Assembly: GCF_004010195.1 (NCBI RefSeq)
Contig: NC_057716.1
Coordinates: forward strand, 26,616,242 to 26,680,241
Direction: 5' to 3'
DNA length: 64,000 nt
Source of the DNA: Chiloscyllium plagiosum
Taxonomy: Eukaryota
This document shows, piece after piece, positions 26,103-40,227 of this stretch; the stretch's first letter is position 1; each line of letters starts with the position of its first letter. The position numbers and the translations under genes are program-made. Below the pieces are notes generated by a model. It did no database searches and had not been told where the DNA came from. It saw only the letters and a program-made list of their open reading frames with translations.

Positions 26103-26544
26103 CTGAGCTAATCCAAGGCCATGGTCAGTCACTGTATTTGCATCAATGTCCCAGGGCTGTGTAATAGAGTGAGTAGGATGTTGGTCAAGAACCTGTCTTT
26201 GGAATGGCATCACGTGGGCCTTGACGTGTCAATATCGTCTGCTCCCCTCTCAATTTTTTTTGTGTGTTTCTCTCCACAATGATTTCCTTCCACGTTCTTC
26301 CTAGCTTTCTCAAACTCTTGCCAAAAACAAATGAGTTGTTGTATACATTTGAAGATGCTGGTGCTGCTATTTAGAATGGATGTTGTTTTGCCTGAAACAT
26401 AGAAACAAGATGAGGCTTTTTAGCCTCTCAAACGTGTTCTATCATTCAAATAGGCTGATCTGCAGTTTAACTCCATCTGTTATGATTCTGTTGGTTCTGC
26501 TTCCTTTAATGCTTTTTCCAAATATAAATGTATCATTTGAAGAT

Positions 26545-27885
26545 TTTAGAACAAAGAACATTGCAACACCAACAGGCCCTTTGACCCTCGATGTTGCACC
26601 AACCTATGGAACCAATCTGGAGCCCATCTAACCTACACTATTCCATTTTTATCCATATGTTTAACCAATGACATGTAAATGCCCTTAAAGTTGGCAAGTC
26701 TACTACCGTTGGAGGAAGGACGTTCCATATCCCTACTACTCTCTGAGTAAAAAAACTACCTCTGACATCTGTCCAATATCTATCACCCTCATGCTAGCCA
26801 TCACCATCGGGGGAAAAAGGCTCTCACTGTCCACCTGACCTAACCCTCTGATTATCTTGTATGTCTCAGTTAAGTCACCTCTCAGCCTGCTTCTCTCTAA
26901 CGAAAACAGCCTCAATTTCTTCAGCCTTTCCTCATAAGACCTTCCCTCCATACCAGGCAACATGCTAGTAAATATCCTCTGAACCCTTTCCAAAGCTTCT
27001 ACATCCTTCCTATAATGCAGTGACCAGAACTGTATGCAATACTCCAAGTGTGGTCACACTAGAGTTTTGTACAGCTGCAACATGACCTCATGGCTCCGAA
27101 ATTCAATCCCACTACCAATAAAGCTAACACACCGTTTGCCTTCTTAACAACCCTATCAACCTGGGTGGCAACTTTCAGGGATCCATGTACATGTACACCA
27201 AGATCTCTGTGCTCATTTACCCTATCAAGAATCTTGCCATTAGTCCAGTGCTCTTTCTTCCTGTTGCTCCTTTCAAAGTGAATTACTTCACACTTTTCTG
27301 CATCAAACTCTATTTGCCACCTCTCAGCCCCGCTCTGCAGCTTATCTATGTCCCTTTGTAACCTGCAACATCCTTCAGCACTATCCACAACTCCTTAGTG
27401 TTTTCTGCAAATTTACTAACCCATCCTTCTAAACCCTCATCCAGGTCATTTATAAAAATGACAAACAGCAGTGGCCCCAAAACAGATGCTTGTGGAACAC
27501 CGTTATTGACTGAACTCCAGGATGAACATTTCCCATTATCCACCACCCTCTGTTTTCTTTCAGCTAGCTACTTTCTGATTCAAACCGCTAAATCACCCTT
27601 AATCCCATGCCTCTATATTTTGTGCAATAGCTTACCTTGGGGAACTTAATCAAAGGCCTTACTGAAATCCATATATACCACATCAACTGCTTTACCCTCA
27701 TCCACCTGTTTGGTCACCTTCTCAAAGAACTCGATAAGGTTTGTGAGGCATGATCTATCCTTCACGAAACCGTGTTGACTATCCCTAATCAGCTTATTCC
27801 CTTCCAGATGATTATAAATCATATCTCTTACAGCATTTTCAAACACTTTACCCACAATCAAAGTAAGGCTCACTGGTCTATAATT
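26545..27885 (-). mobile_element. CR1 LINE RT region to 3' end
   Basis: QHGFVKDRSCLTNLIEFFE...[38 protein letters not shown]; tail tagaacaaagaaca. Confidence 0.92.
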
Positions 27886-28659
27886 CAGTGTTTTGTTTGG
27901 TTGACAAGCCTCTAGCCATGCACTCCAACCTCAAACTATTGTTTGAAAGAAAGATTTTTAGAATTGGATTGTCATTTAAGTGAAGAATTACATCCAGACA
28001 TCACCAGTAAGCAACCAAGCATAAACTTTATGATTGTACTTTACTGGGCTTACCTAAGATACATAAGTTAGCTTTATCTACTGTATAATGGAAAAGGATT
28101 GACATGTTGACCAAATCTGATGGTGATCACTTCCCTATCACATACTGTTGAGAGAGGTTCACTGGACTGAAATCTGGATTCTGGTTCCATACACAAGTAA
28201 ATTGGTGAAATTTAGGATTCCCTGAACCACAAGAGATGGTACCACACTACTTAAAGATATACCTTTTCAATTAATTGCTTTGTAGCATTAGATGCAAAAG
28301 AAAAGAGACTTGGACTTGTGCAGTACCTTTCATGACTTCAAAATGTACCACACACTTCACAGCCAATTATGTACTTTTAATATTGTTGTAACCATGACAA
28401 CCGATTTACAACGAGCAAAATCCCCAAACAACAGAGATACCAATGAATAGGAAATCTACTTTTTAGACTTGGATGATAAATTACTGTTATTTCAGGACAC
28501 TGGTGCACACTCCCTGGCTCTTCTTGGAAACAGTAACACATCCTCCCGAGAATACTTGGGGACTCAATTCAGAGCTCCAATCAAAAAACAGCATCTTTGA
28601 CAATGCAGCATTTCTTGCAATACTGCCCTAGGAAAGTTGGTCAAGATTGAGTTATTCTG

Positions 28660-31490
28660 TTAGAACATAGATCAGTACAGCACAGTACAGGCCCCTTCAG
28701 CCCTGAATGTTGTGCTGACCTTTTATCCTACTCCTAGGATCAAACTAACCTACATACCCTTCATTTTACTATCATCTATGTGCTTCTCCAATAGTGGCTT
28801 AAATGTCCCTAATGTATCTGACACTATTACCACTGCTGGCAGTGCATTCCACAATCCACCACTTCCTGTTTCAAGAACATACCTCTACCAACTCCCCTAA
28901 ACCTTCCTCCAATCACCTTAAAATTTTGCCCCCTCATAATACCCATTTCTGCCCTGGGAAAAAAAGTCTCTGGCTATCCAATCTATCTATGCCTCTCATC
29001 ATCTTGTACACCTCTATCAAGTCACCTGGTTAGACTAGATTACTTACAGTGTGGAAACAGGCCCTTCGGCCCCAACAAGTCCACACCAACCCTCCGAAGA
29101 GCAACCCACCCCCCTACATTTGTGTGCAAACTCCACACAGACAGTCGCCTGAGGCAGGAATTGAACCAGGGTCTCTGGTGCTGTGAGGCAGCAGTGCTAA
29201 CCACTGTGCCAACATGCCACCCGTCATTCTTTGCTCCAATGAGAAAAGCCCTAGCTCCCTCAACCTTTCTTCATCAGACATGCCCTCCAGTCTAGGCAGT
29301 ATCCTGGTAAATCTCCTCTGCACCCTCTCTAAAGCTTCCATATCCTTCCTATAATGAGCCAACCAGAACTGAGCACAATATTCCAAGTATGGTCTAACCA
29401 GGACTCTACAGAGCTGTAGTGGCTCTTAAACCCAATCCCCAAACTAATGAAAGCCAATACACCATATGCCTTCTTAACGACCCTATCAACTTGGGTGGTA
29501 ACTTTGAGAAATCTATAGACATGGCCCCCAAGATCCCTCTGTTCCTCCACACTACCAAAAGTCCTGCCTTTAACCCTGTATTCTGCATTCAAATTTGACC
29601 TTCCAGGTTGAACTCCATCTGCTGCTTCTCAGCCCAGCTCTGCATCCTGTCAATGTCCCATTGCAACCTACAATATCCTCCACAGTACCCACAACTCCAC
29701 CAACCTTCATGTCATCGGCAAACTTGCTAACGCATCGTCATCCAAGTCATTTGTAAAAATCACAAAGAGCAGAGCTCCCAGAACAGATCCCTGTGGAGTA
29801 CCACTGGTTACTGAGCTCCAGGTTGAATACTTTCCATCTATTACTATTACCCTCTGTCTTCTATGGGCCAGATAATTCTGTCTCCAGACAGCCAAATTTC
29901 CCTGTATCCCATGCCTCCTTACTTTCTGAATGAGCCTACCATGGGGAATCTTGTCAAACACCTTGCTAAAATTCATATACACCACATCCCCTGCTTGCCT
30001 TCATCGATGTGTTTTCTCACATCCTCAAAGAATTCAATAAGGCTTGAGAGGCATGACCTGCCCCTCACAAAGCCATGCTGACTATATCTAATCAAGCTAT
30101 GCTTTTCCAAATAATCATAAAACCTGGCTCTCACAATCCTCTCCAATAATTTGACCCTGACTGACTGGTCTGTAATTCCCAGGTTTATCCCTATTCCTTT
30201 TCTTGAACAAGGGAATAATATTTGACACCCACCAATCATCTAGTACTACTCCAGTGGATAGTGAGAATGCAAAGATCATTGTCAAAGGGCAGCAATCTCT
30301 TCCCTTGCTTCCCATAGTAACCTTAGGTATATCCAATCTGGTCCAAGGGACTTACCTATCCTCATGTTTTTCAAAATTTCTAGCACATCCTCCTTTTTAA
30401 CATCAACCTTTTTGAGCATATTTCATGCTGTCCTCACAAACGACAAGGTCCTTCTCACTCACGAATACTGAAGCAAAGTATTCATTAAGGACCTCCCTTA
30501 CCTACTCTGACTCCAGGGACAAGTTCCCTCCAGTCTCCTTGGTAGGCCCTACCCTCACTCTGGCCACCTTCTTGTTCCTCATATAAATATAGAATGCCTT
30601 GTGGTTTTCCTTAATTCTGCCCGCCAAGGCTTTTTCATGACCCCTTCTAGCTCTCCTAAGTCCATTCTTCCTGCTTACCTTGTAACTACCTAGAGCCCTG
30701 TCTGATTCTTGCTTCCTCAACCTTCTTCCTCTTGACTAGATGTTCCACATCACTTGTCATCCAAAGTTCCTTCGCCCTACTATCCTTTCCGTGCCTCAGT
30801 TGGACAAAACTATTCAGCACAAGCAGCAAGTACTTCCTAATCAAGCTCCACACTTCTGTCATGTGTTTCCTGAGAATATCTGCTCCCAATTTATGATCTA
30901 CAGTTCCTGCCTAATAGCATTGTAATTCCCCCTCTCCCAATTAAATACTTTCCCATACTGTTTGCTCCTATCCCTCTTCATGACAATAGTAAAGGTCAGT
31001 GAGTTGTGATCACTATCACCGACATGCTTTCCCACTGAGAGATGTGACACCTGACCTGTTTCGTTGCCAAGCACCAAATTCAATAAGGCCTCCCCTCTAG
31101 TCAGCCTATCTACATATTGCGTCAGGAATCCTTCCTGGACACAAATTTTGCTCCATCCAAACTATTTGCACTAAGGAGATTCCAATCAATATGAGGGAAA
31201 TTGAAGTCACCCATGACAACAGCCCTGTTTCTTCTGCACCTTTCCAAAATCCGCCTCCCAATTTGCTCCTCCGTATCTCTGTTGCTATTGGGAGGGAGGT
31301 CTATAGAAAACTTCCAATAAAGTGGCTACTCCTTTCCTGTTTCTGACTTGTACCTATAATGTCTCAGTAGACAAACTGCCCTCGAAGATCTACCTTTCTG
31401 CAGCTGTAATGCTATCCCTGATTAGCAATGTCACTTCCCCACCTCTTTTACCTCCCTCCCTATTCCTTTTGAAACATCTAAACCCTGGAA
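28660..31490 (-). mobile_element. Long CR1 ORF2 relic (endonuclease plus RT), interrupted by an HE1 SINE
   Basis: Endonuclease SDHN motif (GDSDHNSLTF), RT QHGFVRGRSCL, KVFDKIPHGRL and PQGSVLG; multiple frameshifts. Confidence 0.92.
29029..29225 (-). mobile_element. HE1 SINE (internally deleted) nested in CR1
   Basis: Tail ttagactagattac...gtggaaacaggcccttcggccc and tRNA head ...gctgtgaggcagcagtgctaaccactgtgcc. Confidence 0.85.
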
Positions 31491-34400
31491 TCTTGTGTTC
31501 TGGAGCAGGACTTCATCCCATGACCATCTGACTTAGAGATGGTGAAGAAGCCCAGAACACAGCTTTCTCTTGGCATTCCTTTTATCAGCACCAAGCAACT
31601 ATGGGTCACATCAGAGTACTCCAAGTGATCATTCTGAAGTTTGTTTCCCAACCCCTATTGAAGGATGGCATGAAATGAGCATGGATAGGTGCTACAAGAG
31701 TTGCTGATGCAATACTTTCAGGAACTGTTGATAGTTAAGGTGAAATCCTCCAATTATTATTCTCAAGTAGGCTCGTCAATAAAAGTAAAAGCTAGTTCTT
31801 CATTTTCCAAGCAAGATTGAGGGATACCCTCCAATGACCATTTTAATGGAGCTATGTGTTCATGAGTTATTGAGGGGCAGGAGGAACTTGCAGAGAAAGT
31901 AATGTACGTTTCATTTTGAGCCAAGTGAATTGTAATCTGTTGCATAGCTCTCACTCAAACCCAAGAAAACAGATGTTTTACAAGCCTACCCATTTTTGAA
32001 ACAAAATCAGAGGGCTCTAAGCAGGGGAAGGAAGTAAGCTTGTTTTTCATGGAGTTACTGAGCTTAGGGGATTTGTGGTGAAATAATTTTAAACTGTGTT
32101 ACGGTGTAATACTTATCTCAGGAAATTGTAGTTAAACTTTAAGAATAGACTTCAAATTCTTGTCTTAAAAAAATACATATGCCCAAAATTCATTGTTGGT
32201 GATAAAATCAGTGATATTAAGAATTAAATCACCAAAAATCCTTCAGATGAAAGTTATGATATTTTTAATATTTAAAAACAAAAGAAAGACACATGATGCT
32301 TCTGTGTTTGTGAGCAGCAAAGTCTGCAGCTGCACGTTCTCATTCTTGATTGCACATGCAGTTCACTGATACAGGTAAAGGGAAGAAATAACTGATTTGG
32401 TTTGATTTATTTATTGTCACGTGTAGCTAAGTATAGTGAAAAGCTTTGATTACAAGCAGTACAGTCAGTTCATAGTAAGCAAGGGCATACAGGTCATAGG
32501 GGGAAAAACAAACTTAGCCAGGAGCAGGTTACATTGCACAGGGCTTTTATTAGGCAAGATCACCATTAGCTGGATCAGCATCATTTGAAATTAGAGAGTC
32601 TATTCATCAGTTTAATAGTGGCCGGGAAGAGGCTGTTTCTGGAGCCAGGTGTGTGTGTGTGTGTTCAAACTTCTGTATCTTCAGCCTGAACTCCTCTACA
32701 CAGACTTTTCAAAATGTCAGTATATCCCTGAGTAACTAAGATGATGTGCATTTAAGTGTAGATAAATAAACAGACACAATTGGTCGATTGAAAAATCACT
32801 GAAGGTACTGAATTGTGATGATACAAATTTGCAATGCAACAATAATTCTTTACAGTTAAAGACCATCATGACAAAACAATAAAAAGGATTGCACAATTAT
32901 GAACATTTCAGTCTACAATAATTGCAATATTTTATGAAATTCAGGGCTCCTTAATTTCGAAAATAAAAGTAATCACTGTTGAAGGACCTTAGCCAATTTG
33001 CATGCAACAAGCTCCAACAAACAGCAGTGTGGTAATCTGGGTTATTTTTAATAACTCAAGTCTCTGGACTGGGACTTGAACTAAGAACCTTCCAACTCAG
33101 TCTCAGCAGCAGCTGACTTGGTAGGTTTATTATGTTTATGTTGCTCGTTCTAGTTGACCACAGGTTCAAGTATACAGCATGTTTTCAGAAAGGGTTTTTG
33201 AAAATGCCAAATATACAACAGCTTTAAAGAGGCAGGTGTGTACTTCATAATCCCAATCCTTTAATAACCCACTGCAAGGAAAGTCTCTGAGTCCTTTTCT
33301 TAGAAATCCAGGGTTTTCATTTCTGGAACAATATCAAATTATTTTGTTTAAATTATTGAATGATACAGTCTGGACAATAAAAATGCATTAGCTTCAACCA
33401 GAGTTGAAATAATTCCATTAATGCCAATGATTGCAGCAGTTGTGAATAAGCAATGATTGTAGATTGCTATTCACTCGAGAAATATTCATTTAGTGCTCCA
33501 TTGCCCATGTCAGTATTGATCCTGGAAGTTGCCATTGATTACCCAGGAGAAACCTAGAAACTGCAGCACAGTACAAAACAAAAGGTGGAGAGACTTGCAT
33601 TTCCAGCATCCTTAATAACGTAAGGATGTCTTAAAGTGCTTTACAATCAATGAGAGCCTTATGAAATGTAGTAACTGTTGTAATGTAGGAAATGCTGAAG
33701 CCAGTTTATGTGCAGGAAGGTCCCATAAATGGCAATGTGATAATGGGCAGAAAATCTATTTCAGAGACAAACAAAAGCAGAAATTGCTGAAGAAACTCTA
33801 CAGATCTGGAACTATCTTGTAGAGAGAAAACAGAGTTAGCATTTTGAGTCATTTTCCTAGCTGCTATTGATTGTGAAAAAGGTAGTATTTATGTTGTTTA
33901 AGTGGAGTGGATGGGAGTAGTGAACGGATAAGTGGAGGTGGAGACCAAAGAGAGACAAAGACAGATGGACAAAGGGATTGCTGATAGTAAACCAGAGAAG
34001 AAGAGAAGCTAGGTATGTGATAATGGGGACCATGAGAGATTGAAAATGGTTGGCTGTACTGAAAGCGAGACCTGGGGTATTGGGGTAGAGAAAACACATG
34101 CAGGAAGGTGTTTATGTTCTGAAATTGTTAAACTCAGTGTTGTAAGGTACCAGGCAGAAGATGAGTTGTTGTTCCTGCAGCTTGTGTTGAGCCTTGCTGG
34201 AACAAAGACCGGAGTGTTGGAATGGAAACACGTGGTGTGTTAGAAGTGGCAGGCAACTGGAATCTCGAGGTAAGTTTTACAGATGGAATATACATGTCCC
34301 ACAATGCGGTCACCCAGTCTGCATTTTGTCTCCCCAAAGTAGAAGACACCACATTGTGAGCATCAACTATTGTAGACTAGATTGAATGAAGTGCAGGTAA

Positions 34401-35108
34401 ATCTCTGCTTCACCTGGTATGTGTGCCTGGGGTCTTGGATAGTGAGTAATGAGGAGGTAAACAGGCAAGTGTTGCACCTTCTGCAGTTGCAAGGGAAGGT
34501 GCATGGAGTTGGAAGATGTGGAAGGAGTGGACCAAGGTGTCCTGGAGGGAATGATCCCTGCAGAATGCTGACAAGAGAGGGGAGGGGAATGTATCTGGAG
34601 GTGGCAGAACTAGTGGTATATGATCCTATGCATGCAGAAGCTAGGGAAATGGAAAGTGAGGACCAGGGGACCCTATTGTTGATACAGGAGGGAAGAGAAG
34701 GAATGAGAACAGAATTGCATGAGAGGAGTCCAACACAGCTAAGGACCTGTTCAACTACAGTAGCAGGAATTCCTCAGCTGAGGAAAAAGGTAGACATTTC
34801 TGAGGTCCCCTGCGGAAGGTGGCATTATCAGGACAAGATATGATGGAGAACTGAGAGAATGTGATGAAGTCTTTACAGGAAGCAGGGTGTGAGAATGTGT
34901 AGTCCAGAAAATATAGACTTCAATGGATATGTCATAATGGATATCAATGGCCACCCTATCTCCAAAAATGGAAATTGAGATGTCAATGAAGGGAAGGGAC
35001 CAAGGTGAAGTTGAGAACGGACTGGAAATTGGAAGTGAAATTGATAAATTTCTCCAATTCAGGACAAGAGAGGGAAGGAGGACCAGTGATGTTACCGATC
35101 TAACACAA

Positions 35109-36458
35109 GGCGGACTTCGGGACAGGCAGCAGTGAAAAGTGGCCGAGCAGAGGCTGTAGCTAAGTTCGGTACCCACAGGGAGGGCCTCAACCGGGACCTT
35201 GGGTTCATGTCACATTACAGGTGACCACCATTGCACTATACAGTTCCCCAGCTGGGAGGGAACCCTCCTGTCTGTTGATTGTTGTGTGGTGCCCATTCAT
35301 CCGTTGTTGTACTCCTACACACACACACTCACACACACACAGGCACTCCTATACACACAGACACATATATACACAGACGTGCACACAGACACCCACACAC
35401 ATCCTTACAGGCACACACACTCCCACACTCACACATGCACCCACTCACAAACTTAAGACACTCTGCACTCACTACAGGCACACACATACCCTTTCTCACA
35501 CTCACAACCCCAACCCAGACAGACACACACACACAGACAAAGACCCACATGCACACATATATTCTGTGGGGTGAATTTGTACTTGCAGAGTTACATTGTA
35601 CTTTGCTCAAAAACTGCATGCATTCATGTAAAACTCTGTTATCTCACTTTNNNNNNNNNNNNNNNNNNNNNNNNNNNNNNNNNNNNNNNNNNNNNNNNNN
35701 NNNNNNNNNNNNNNNNNNNNNNNNNNNNNNNNNNNNNNNNNNNNNNNNNNNNNNNNNNNNNNNNNNNNNNNNNNNNNNNNNNNNNNNNNNNNNNNNNNNN
35801 NNNNNNNNNNNNNNNNNNNNNNNNNNNNNNNNNNNNNNNNNNNNNNNNNNNNNNNNNNNNNNNNNNNNNNNNNNNNNNNNNNNNNNNNNNNNNNNNNNNN
35901 NNNNNNNNNNNNNNNNNNNNNNNNNNNNNNNNNNNNNNNNNNNNNNNNNNNNNNNNNNNNNNNNNNNNNNNNNNNNNNNNNNNNNNNNNNNNNNNNNNNN
36001 NNNNNNNNNNNNNNNNNNNNNNNNNNNNNNNNNNNNNNNNNNNNNNNNNNNNNNNNNNNNNNNNNNNNNNNNNNNNNNNNNNNNNNNNNNNNNNNNNNNN
36101 NNNNNNNNNNNNNNNNNNNNNNNNNNNNNNNNNNNNNNNNNNNNNNNNNNNNNNNNNNNNNNNNNNNNNNNNNNNNNNNNNNNNNNNNNNNNNNNNNNNN
36201 NNNNNNNNNNNNNNNNNNNNCTCTAACAGATGAAAGGCTTAACAGGCAATCAATTTTTCAATGTATAATTTCAGTTACATCACACTGTAAATTTTTGCTA
36301 TAAATTCTGTGTTACGATCGAGCCCTCCACAATCACCTGATGAAGGAGCGTCGCTCCGAAAGCTGGTGTGCTTTCAATTAAACCTGTTGGACTATAAACT
36401 GCTGTTGTGTGATTTTTAACTTTGTACACCCCAATCCAACACCGGCATCTCCAAATCA
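35109..36458 (+). mobile_element. Second-family Penelope-like insertion with CA-rich tract, spanning an assembly gap; 13-bp TSD
   Basis: Direct repeat cgatctaacacaa at 35096-35108 and 36459-36471. Hammerhead-like ctgatgaaggagcgtcgctccgaaagct at 36337-36364. Confidence 0.82.
35651..36220. other. Assembly gap (570 N)
   Basis: Run of N. Confidence 1.
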
Positions 36459-37364
36459 CGATCTAACACAAAGTAGTGGATGGGGGCTGGGGTCTGACTG
36501 AGTCCAGGAATGTTTCACGTGCCCACCAAGAAATAGGCATAACTGGGGCCCATGTGAGTATCCATGGCCACCACTTTGACCTGAAGAAAGTGAGAGGAGT
36601 TAAAGGAGCAGTTGTTCAGTGAGGATAAGCTCAGCCAGGCGGAGGATGGTATTAGAGGAATGGGGAGGGTTGTGGCCTACTCTCTAGGAAGAAGCGGAGA
36701 GCCCTAACACGATCCTGATGGGGGAACAGACATGTAGAAGGATTACACATCCAGAGTGAAGAGGAGGCAGCTGGTGCCTACAAACTGGAAAATTTGAAAC
36801 CAACATAAAGTTGGTCAAAAGAATCGCAGATGTAAGTGGGAAGGGATTGGACAAGGGGAGAAAAGAAATCAAGTCGAGATAGCAAGAGATGAGTACCTCA
36901 GGTTGGAGTTATGAGGTCTTCTGCTGAGAGAGAAGTGTAACCTTGGTTTAAATAATGACAAGGATGACTGTGTAGCCCTATACTGGAGTGTCAGCCTCGA
37001 CTTAGTGGTTAGGCCTCTGGAATGGGATTCGTAGGCAAAAGTGCTGATCAGCTGAGCCACATGTAAGGACCATCACCCGTGCAGTAGGGGTCATGCAACG
37101 TAATTGTTCAAAATCCCTGTCAGATTAATTGCTGCTTAATTCTACAGTGTGAATCACCAATCTGTAGCATGTTGGAAATGAAAAGAGAACATTTATCTGG
37201 ATATTTACCCCTTATTGCATCCTCATTATATCCCAATGTGCTTCACAAATGGTCTCCTCACCTTTTATTTAGGTGTAGCTGATTTGCACAGCAAGATCTC
37301 ACAAACATGAGTTTCACAACCAATTACAATCTCCTTTTTGTTTAAATCTACTTTTTTTGGTCCG

Positions 37365-37472
37365 ATTAACCTGTTCAGAGAAGTAATTGCACACCACTGG
37401 AACAGGTGGAACTTGAATCCAGGCCTTCCTATCCCAGGGTAGGGACACTACCACTGCAGTATAAGAGGGCAT
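37365..37472 (-). mobile_element. Short tRNA-derived SINE
   Basis: Reverse complement reads gccctcttatactgcagtggtagtgtccctacc...ggattcaagttccacctgttcc, with A- and B-box-like motifs. Confidence 0.7.
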
Positions 37473-37486
37473 CTAAATGCCCTCGC

Positions 37487-37559
37487 TGTCAGAACTTGGG
37501 ATTGAACCAGGGGCCTTTAGATCTTTAGTCGCGTGCTCTCCCAACTGAGCTATTTCAGT
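37487..37559 (-). pseudogene. tRNA-Phe pseudogene
   Basis: Reverse complement ACTGAAATAGCTCAGTTGGGAGAGCACGCGACTAAAGATCTAAAGGCCCCTGGTTCAATCCCAAGTTCTGACA aligns ungapped to the recalled vertebrate tRNA-Phe(GAA) at ~59/73. The anticodon is now AAA, and the anticodon and acceptor stems are broken. Confidence 0.88.
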
Positions 37560-38427
37560 AGTTAGGTGTTGGCTGGAAATTTTGACCAGTAAATCCGAAG
37601 AATATCCTTCGTCTTTTCAAAACTATGTCATAGGATCTCCCAAAGTCCAGCAGACCTGGCCCTGCTTAATATACCTTCTGAAAGCAACTGGTAATTCAGC
37701 ACTGGAATCACTTACTTGGAAGTATCCAGTGGCTTCTGATTCTCTTTGGTGTTACGCTTTGACAGAAATCTTCTTAATTTGCTAACCTTTCCAAGATAAA
37801 GTTTCAAACAAAACACAGCTGCCCTAATCTGACATCAACTTGTGAGGTGTTTACAGGATTATTTATTTAACATATATACAATCTACAGCTGCAAAAAATT
37901 AATTTTATACATAAGGATGTGTCACTCAGCATTGAGACAGGAATTTATTTTAATAATTGAGGATTCTTTTAAGTGGTTAGAATTGTGATGAAAAACACTT
38001 GATTGAGTCAAATAACACTGAAACTTGGCAGCTTGCATACATACGTATACCCTTGTGCAAGAACCCCCATAGTTGCATTTTCAGTTTCCTTTGTTAAGAT
38101 CTTAAAACTGCATTTTTAAAACTTGCATTTGTATCACACCTTGCAGTCTCAGGCATCTCTAAACACCATACAGCTAATTGAATAGATTATTTTTTTAGTG
38201 TATTCACTGTTTCATAAAGGATAGATAGCTGCCAATTAATGTATAACAAGCTATCATAGTCAGCAGTCTAATACTGTGTTTTCGTGATTGTTGGTTGAAA
38301 ACTAAATATCGGTCAGGGTGTCAACTCTTTTTCAAAATGGTGCTGTCAGATTTATAATGTCCACCTGGGACAGGACCTTGGTTTAATCTTTTCTCTGAAA
38401 ACTGGGATCTATGGCATATATCTATGG

Positions 38428-39000
38428 ATATATGGACTTCCGTAAGGCATTCGACAAGGTTCCCCATGGGAGACTGATTAGTAAGGTTAGATCTCATGGA
38501 ATACAGGGAGAACCAGCCATTTGGATACCGAACTGGCTCAAAGGAAGAAGACAGAGGGTGGTGGTGGAGGGTTGTTTTTCAGACTGGAGGCCTGTGACCA
38601 GTGGAGTGCCACAAGGATCAGTGCTGGGCCCTCTACTTTTTGTCATTTACATAAATGATTTAGATGCAAGCATAAGAGGTACAGTTAGTAAGTTTGCAGA
38701 TGACACCAAAATTGGAGGTGTAGTGGACAGCGAAGAGGGTTACCTCAGATTATAACAGGATCTGGACCAGATGGGCCAATGGGCTGAGAAGTGGCAGATG
38801 GAGTTTAATTCAGATAAATGCGAGGTGCTGCATTTTGGGAAAACAAATCTTAGCAGGACTTATACACTTAATGGTAAGGTCCTAGGGAGTGTTGCTAAAC
38901 AAAGAGACCTTGGAGTGCAGGTTCATAGCTCCTTGAAAGTGGAGTCGCAGGTAGATAGGATAGTGAAGAAAGCGTTTGGTATGCTTTCCTTTATTGGTCA
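38428..39000 (+). mobile_element. Young CR1 RT internal fragment (both ends truncated)
   Basis: [15 protein letters not shown]...[21 protein letters not shown]...[11 protein letters not shown], with one in-frame stop at 38753-38755 and no 3' UTR. Confidence 0.92.
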
Positions 39001-39882
39001 ATCTAAATTATAATTTCTAGTATTAGTATAATTATTTTAATTATTTTCTCCTCCTTGACGAATGCTTGTTTGCCCAGATCATAAAATTTAGATGCGTATC
39101 AAAATAATAAAATTAAGACCATGAGTACATCGTTGGGCTCCTTGTACTTGTTGTCCATTTAATAATATTTATATGATCTTCAGCTTCAACAACATAGTTC
39201 ATATTCTTTGGTTCCCTTAATATCCACTCCACCAGTAGCAGCCTGCCAATTTGAAAAGGTTGATTTATTCTTACTTTTTATTGTTACTTGCATCTCTGAA
39301 ACATTCCAATACATTTGCCAGACATGGTTTCCTTTTCATTAAACAATGTTGACTCTGTCTAATCATATTATGATATTATTGGTGTCCACCTTACTACTTT
39401 CCCAACAATGGATTCCTCAGTCACATTGCAGCCACATACCATCATGGATCGTAGCTTCTGACTCCCAAAATTACATTTAGCCTGTAAAGTGCACCTCTTG
39501 GTAGTCCTGTCCAAAGCAACATAATCAAGGTGATCGCTTGCTTAGATCCTCGGTAGAATTCAAGCTAATCCAAAACACTTTTCTCATATCCTGACAAATT
39601 CCATTCACGCAGCACCATTACACTCGCTGGCACCTGATCCAACAAAGCTCTGATTTCTACATTTTCATCCTTGTCCTAAAATCCTTCCATGACCATGTTC
39701 CCTCATTTCCCTATATCCTCGTCCAGATCTGTAACTCTTCAAAATCTCTTTGCTTCTCTCCAATTCCAATTTGTTGAGCACCTTTGATTTTTGGTGATGT
39801 TGGTCAAAGATGAAAAATAATCAGACAGTTGACTCCTCTATTGATGACATGCCTTCAGCTACGTGGACAGGCTTTTTTTTTG

Positions 39883-39941
<59 letters not shown>
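39883..39941. repeat. (CT)n microsatellite followed by an 18-N gap
   Basis: Direct reading; N at 39942-39959. Confidence 0.95.
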
Positions 39942-40227
39942 NNNNNNNNNNNNNNNNNNTGTCTGCGCCCCCCCCCCCCCTCTATTTTAAGTCCCTCCTT
40001 TAAATATTATCTCTCTTACAAGCTTTTGACCACCTCTATTACAGAGAGGTGTCAGGTTTTAATCATTAATAATACTGCTTATGGAATTTATGGGATTATA
40101 AATGCATTATGTTTGGGACCCATTTAGCAAGTGACTCTAATCATTCTGTGCTCTATTGCTGAACGTGTCCAGTAAAACTCTTCTATGATACTTTCAAGTT
40201 CTCAGCAAGTGAATGCTCTGCAGGACA

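Larger units (their letters stand above)
33770..36900 (-). mobile_element. Long degraded Penelope-like element (RT plus GIY-YIG), split by a second Penelope
   Basis: Minus-strand LQVKVVAMDTHMGPSYAY (Penelope RT G.AMG..P motif) near 36530-36590. Downstream homology to the 13.5, 19.7 and 43.5 kb copies lies at 34130-35075. Confidence 0.75.

Noticed and set aside
35279-36233. Long ORFs of 315 and 220 aa
   Set aside because: Artefacts of a CA-rich tract and the 570-N gap.
37487-37559. Functional tRNA-Phe with AAA anticodon
   Set aside because: Anticodon and acceptor stems are disrupted, consistent with a decayed pseudogene.
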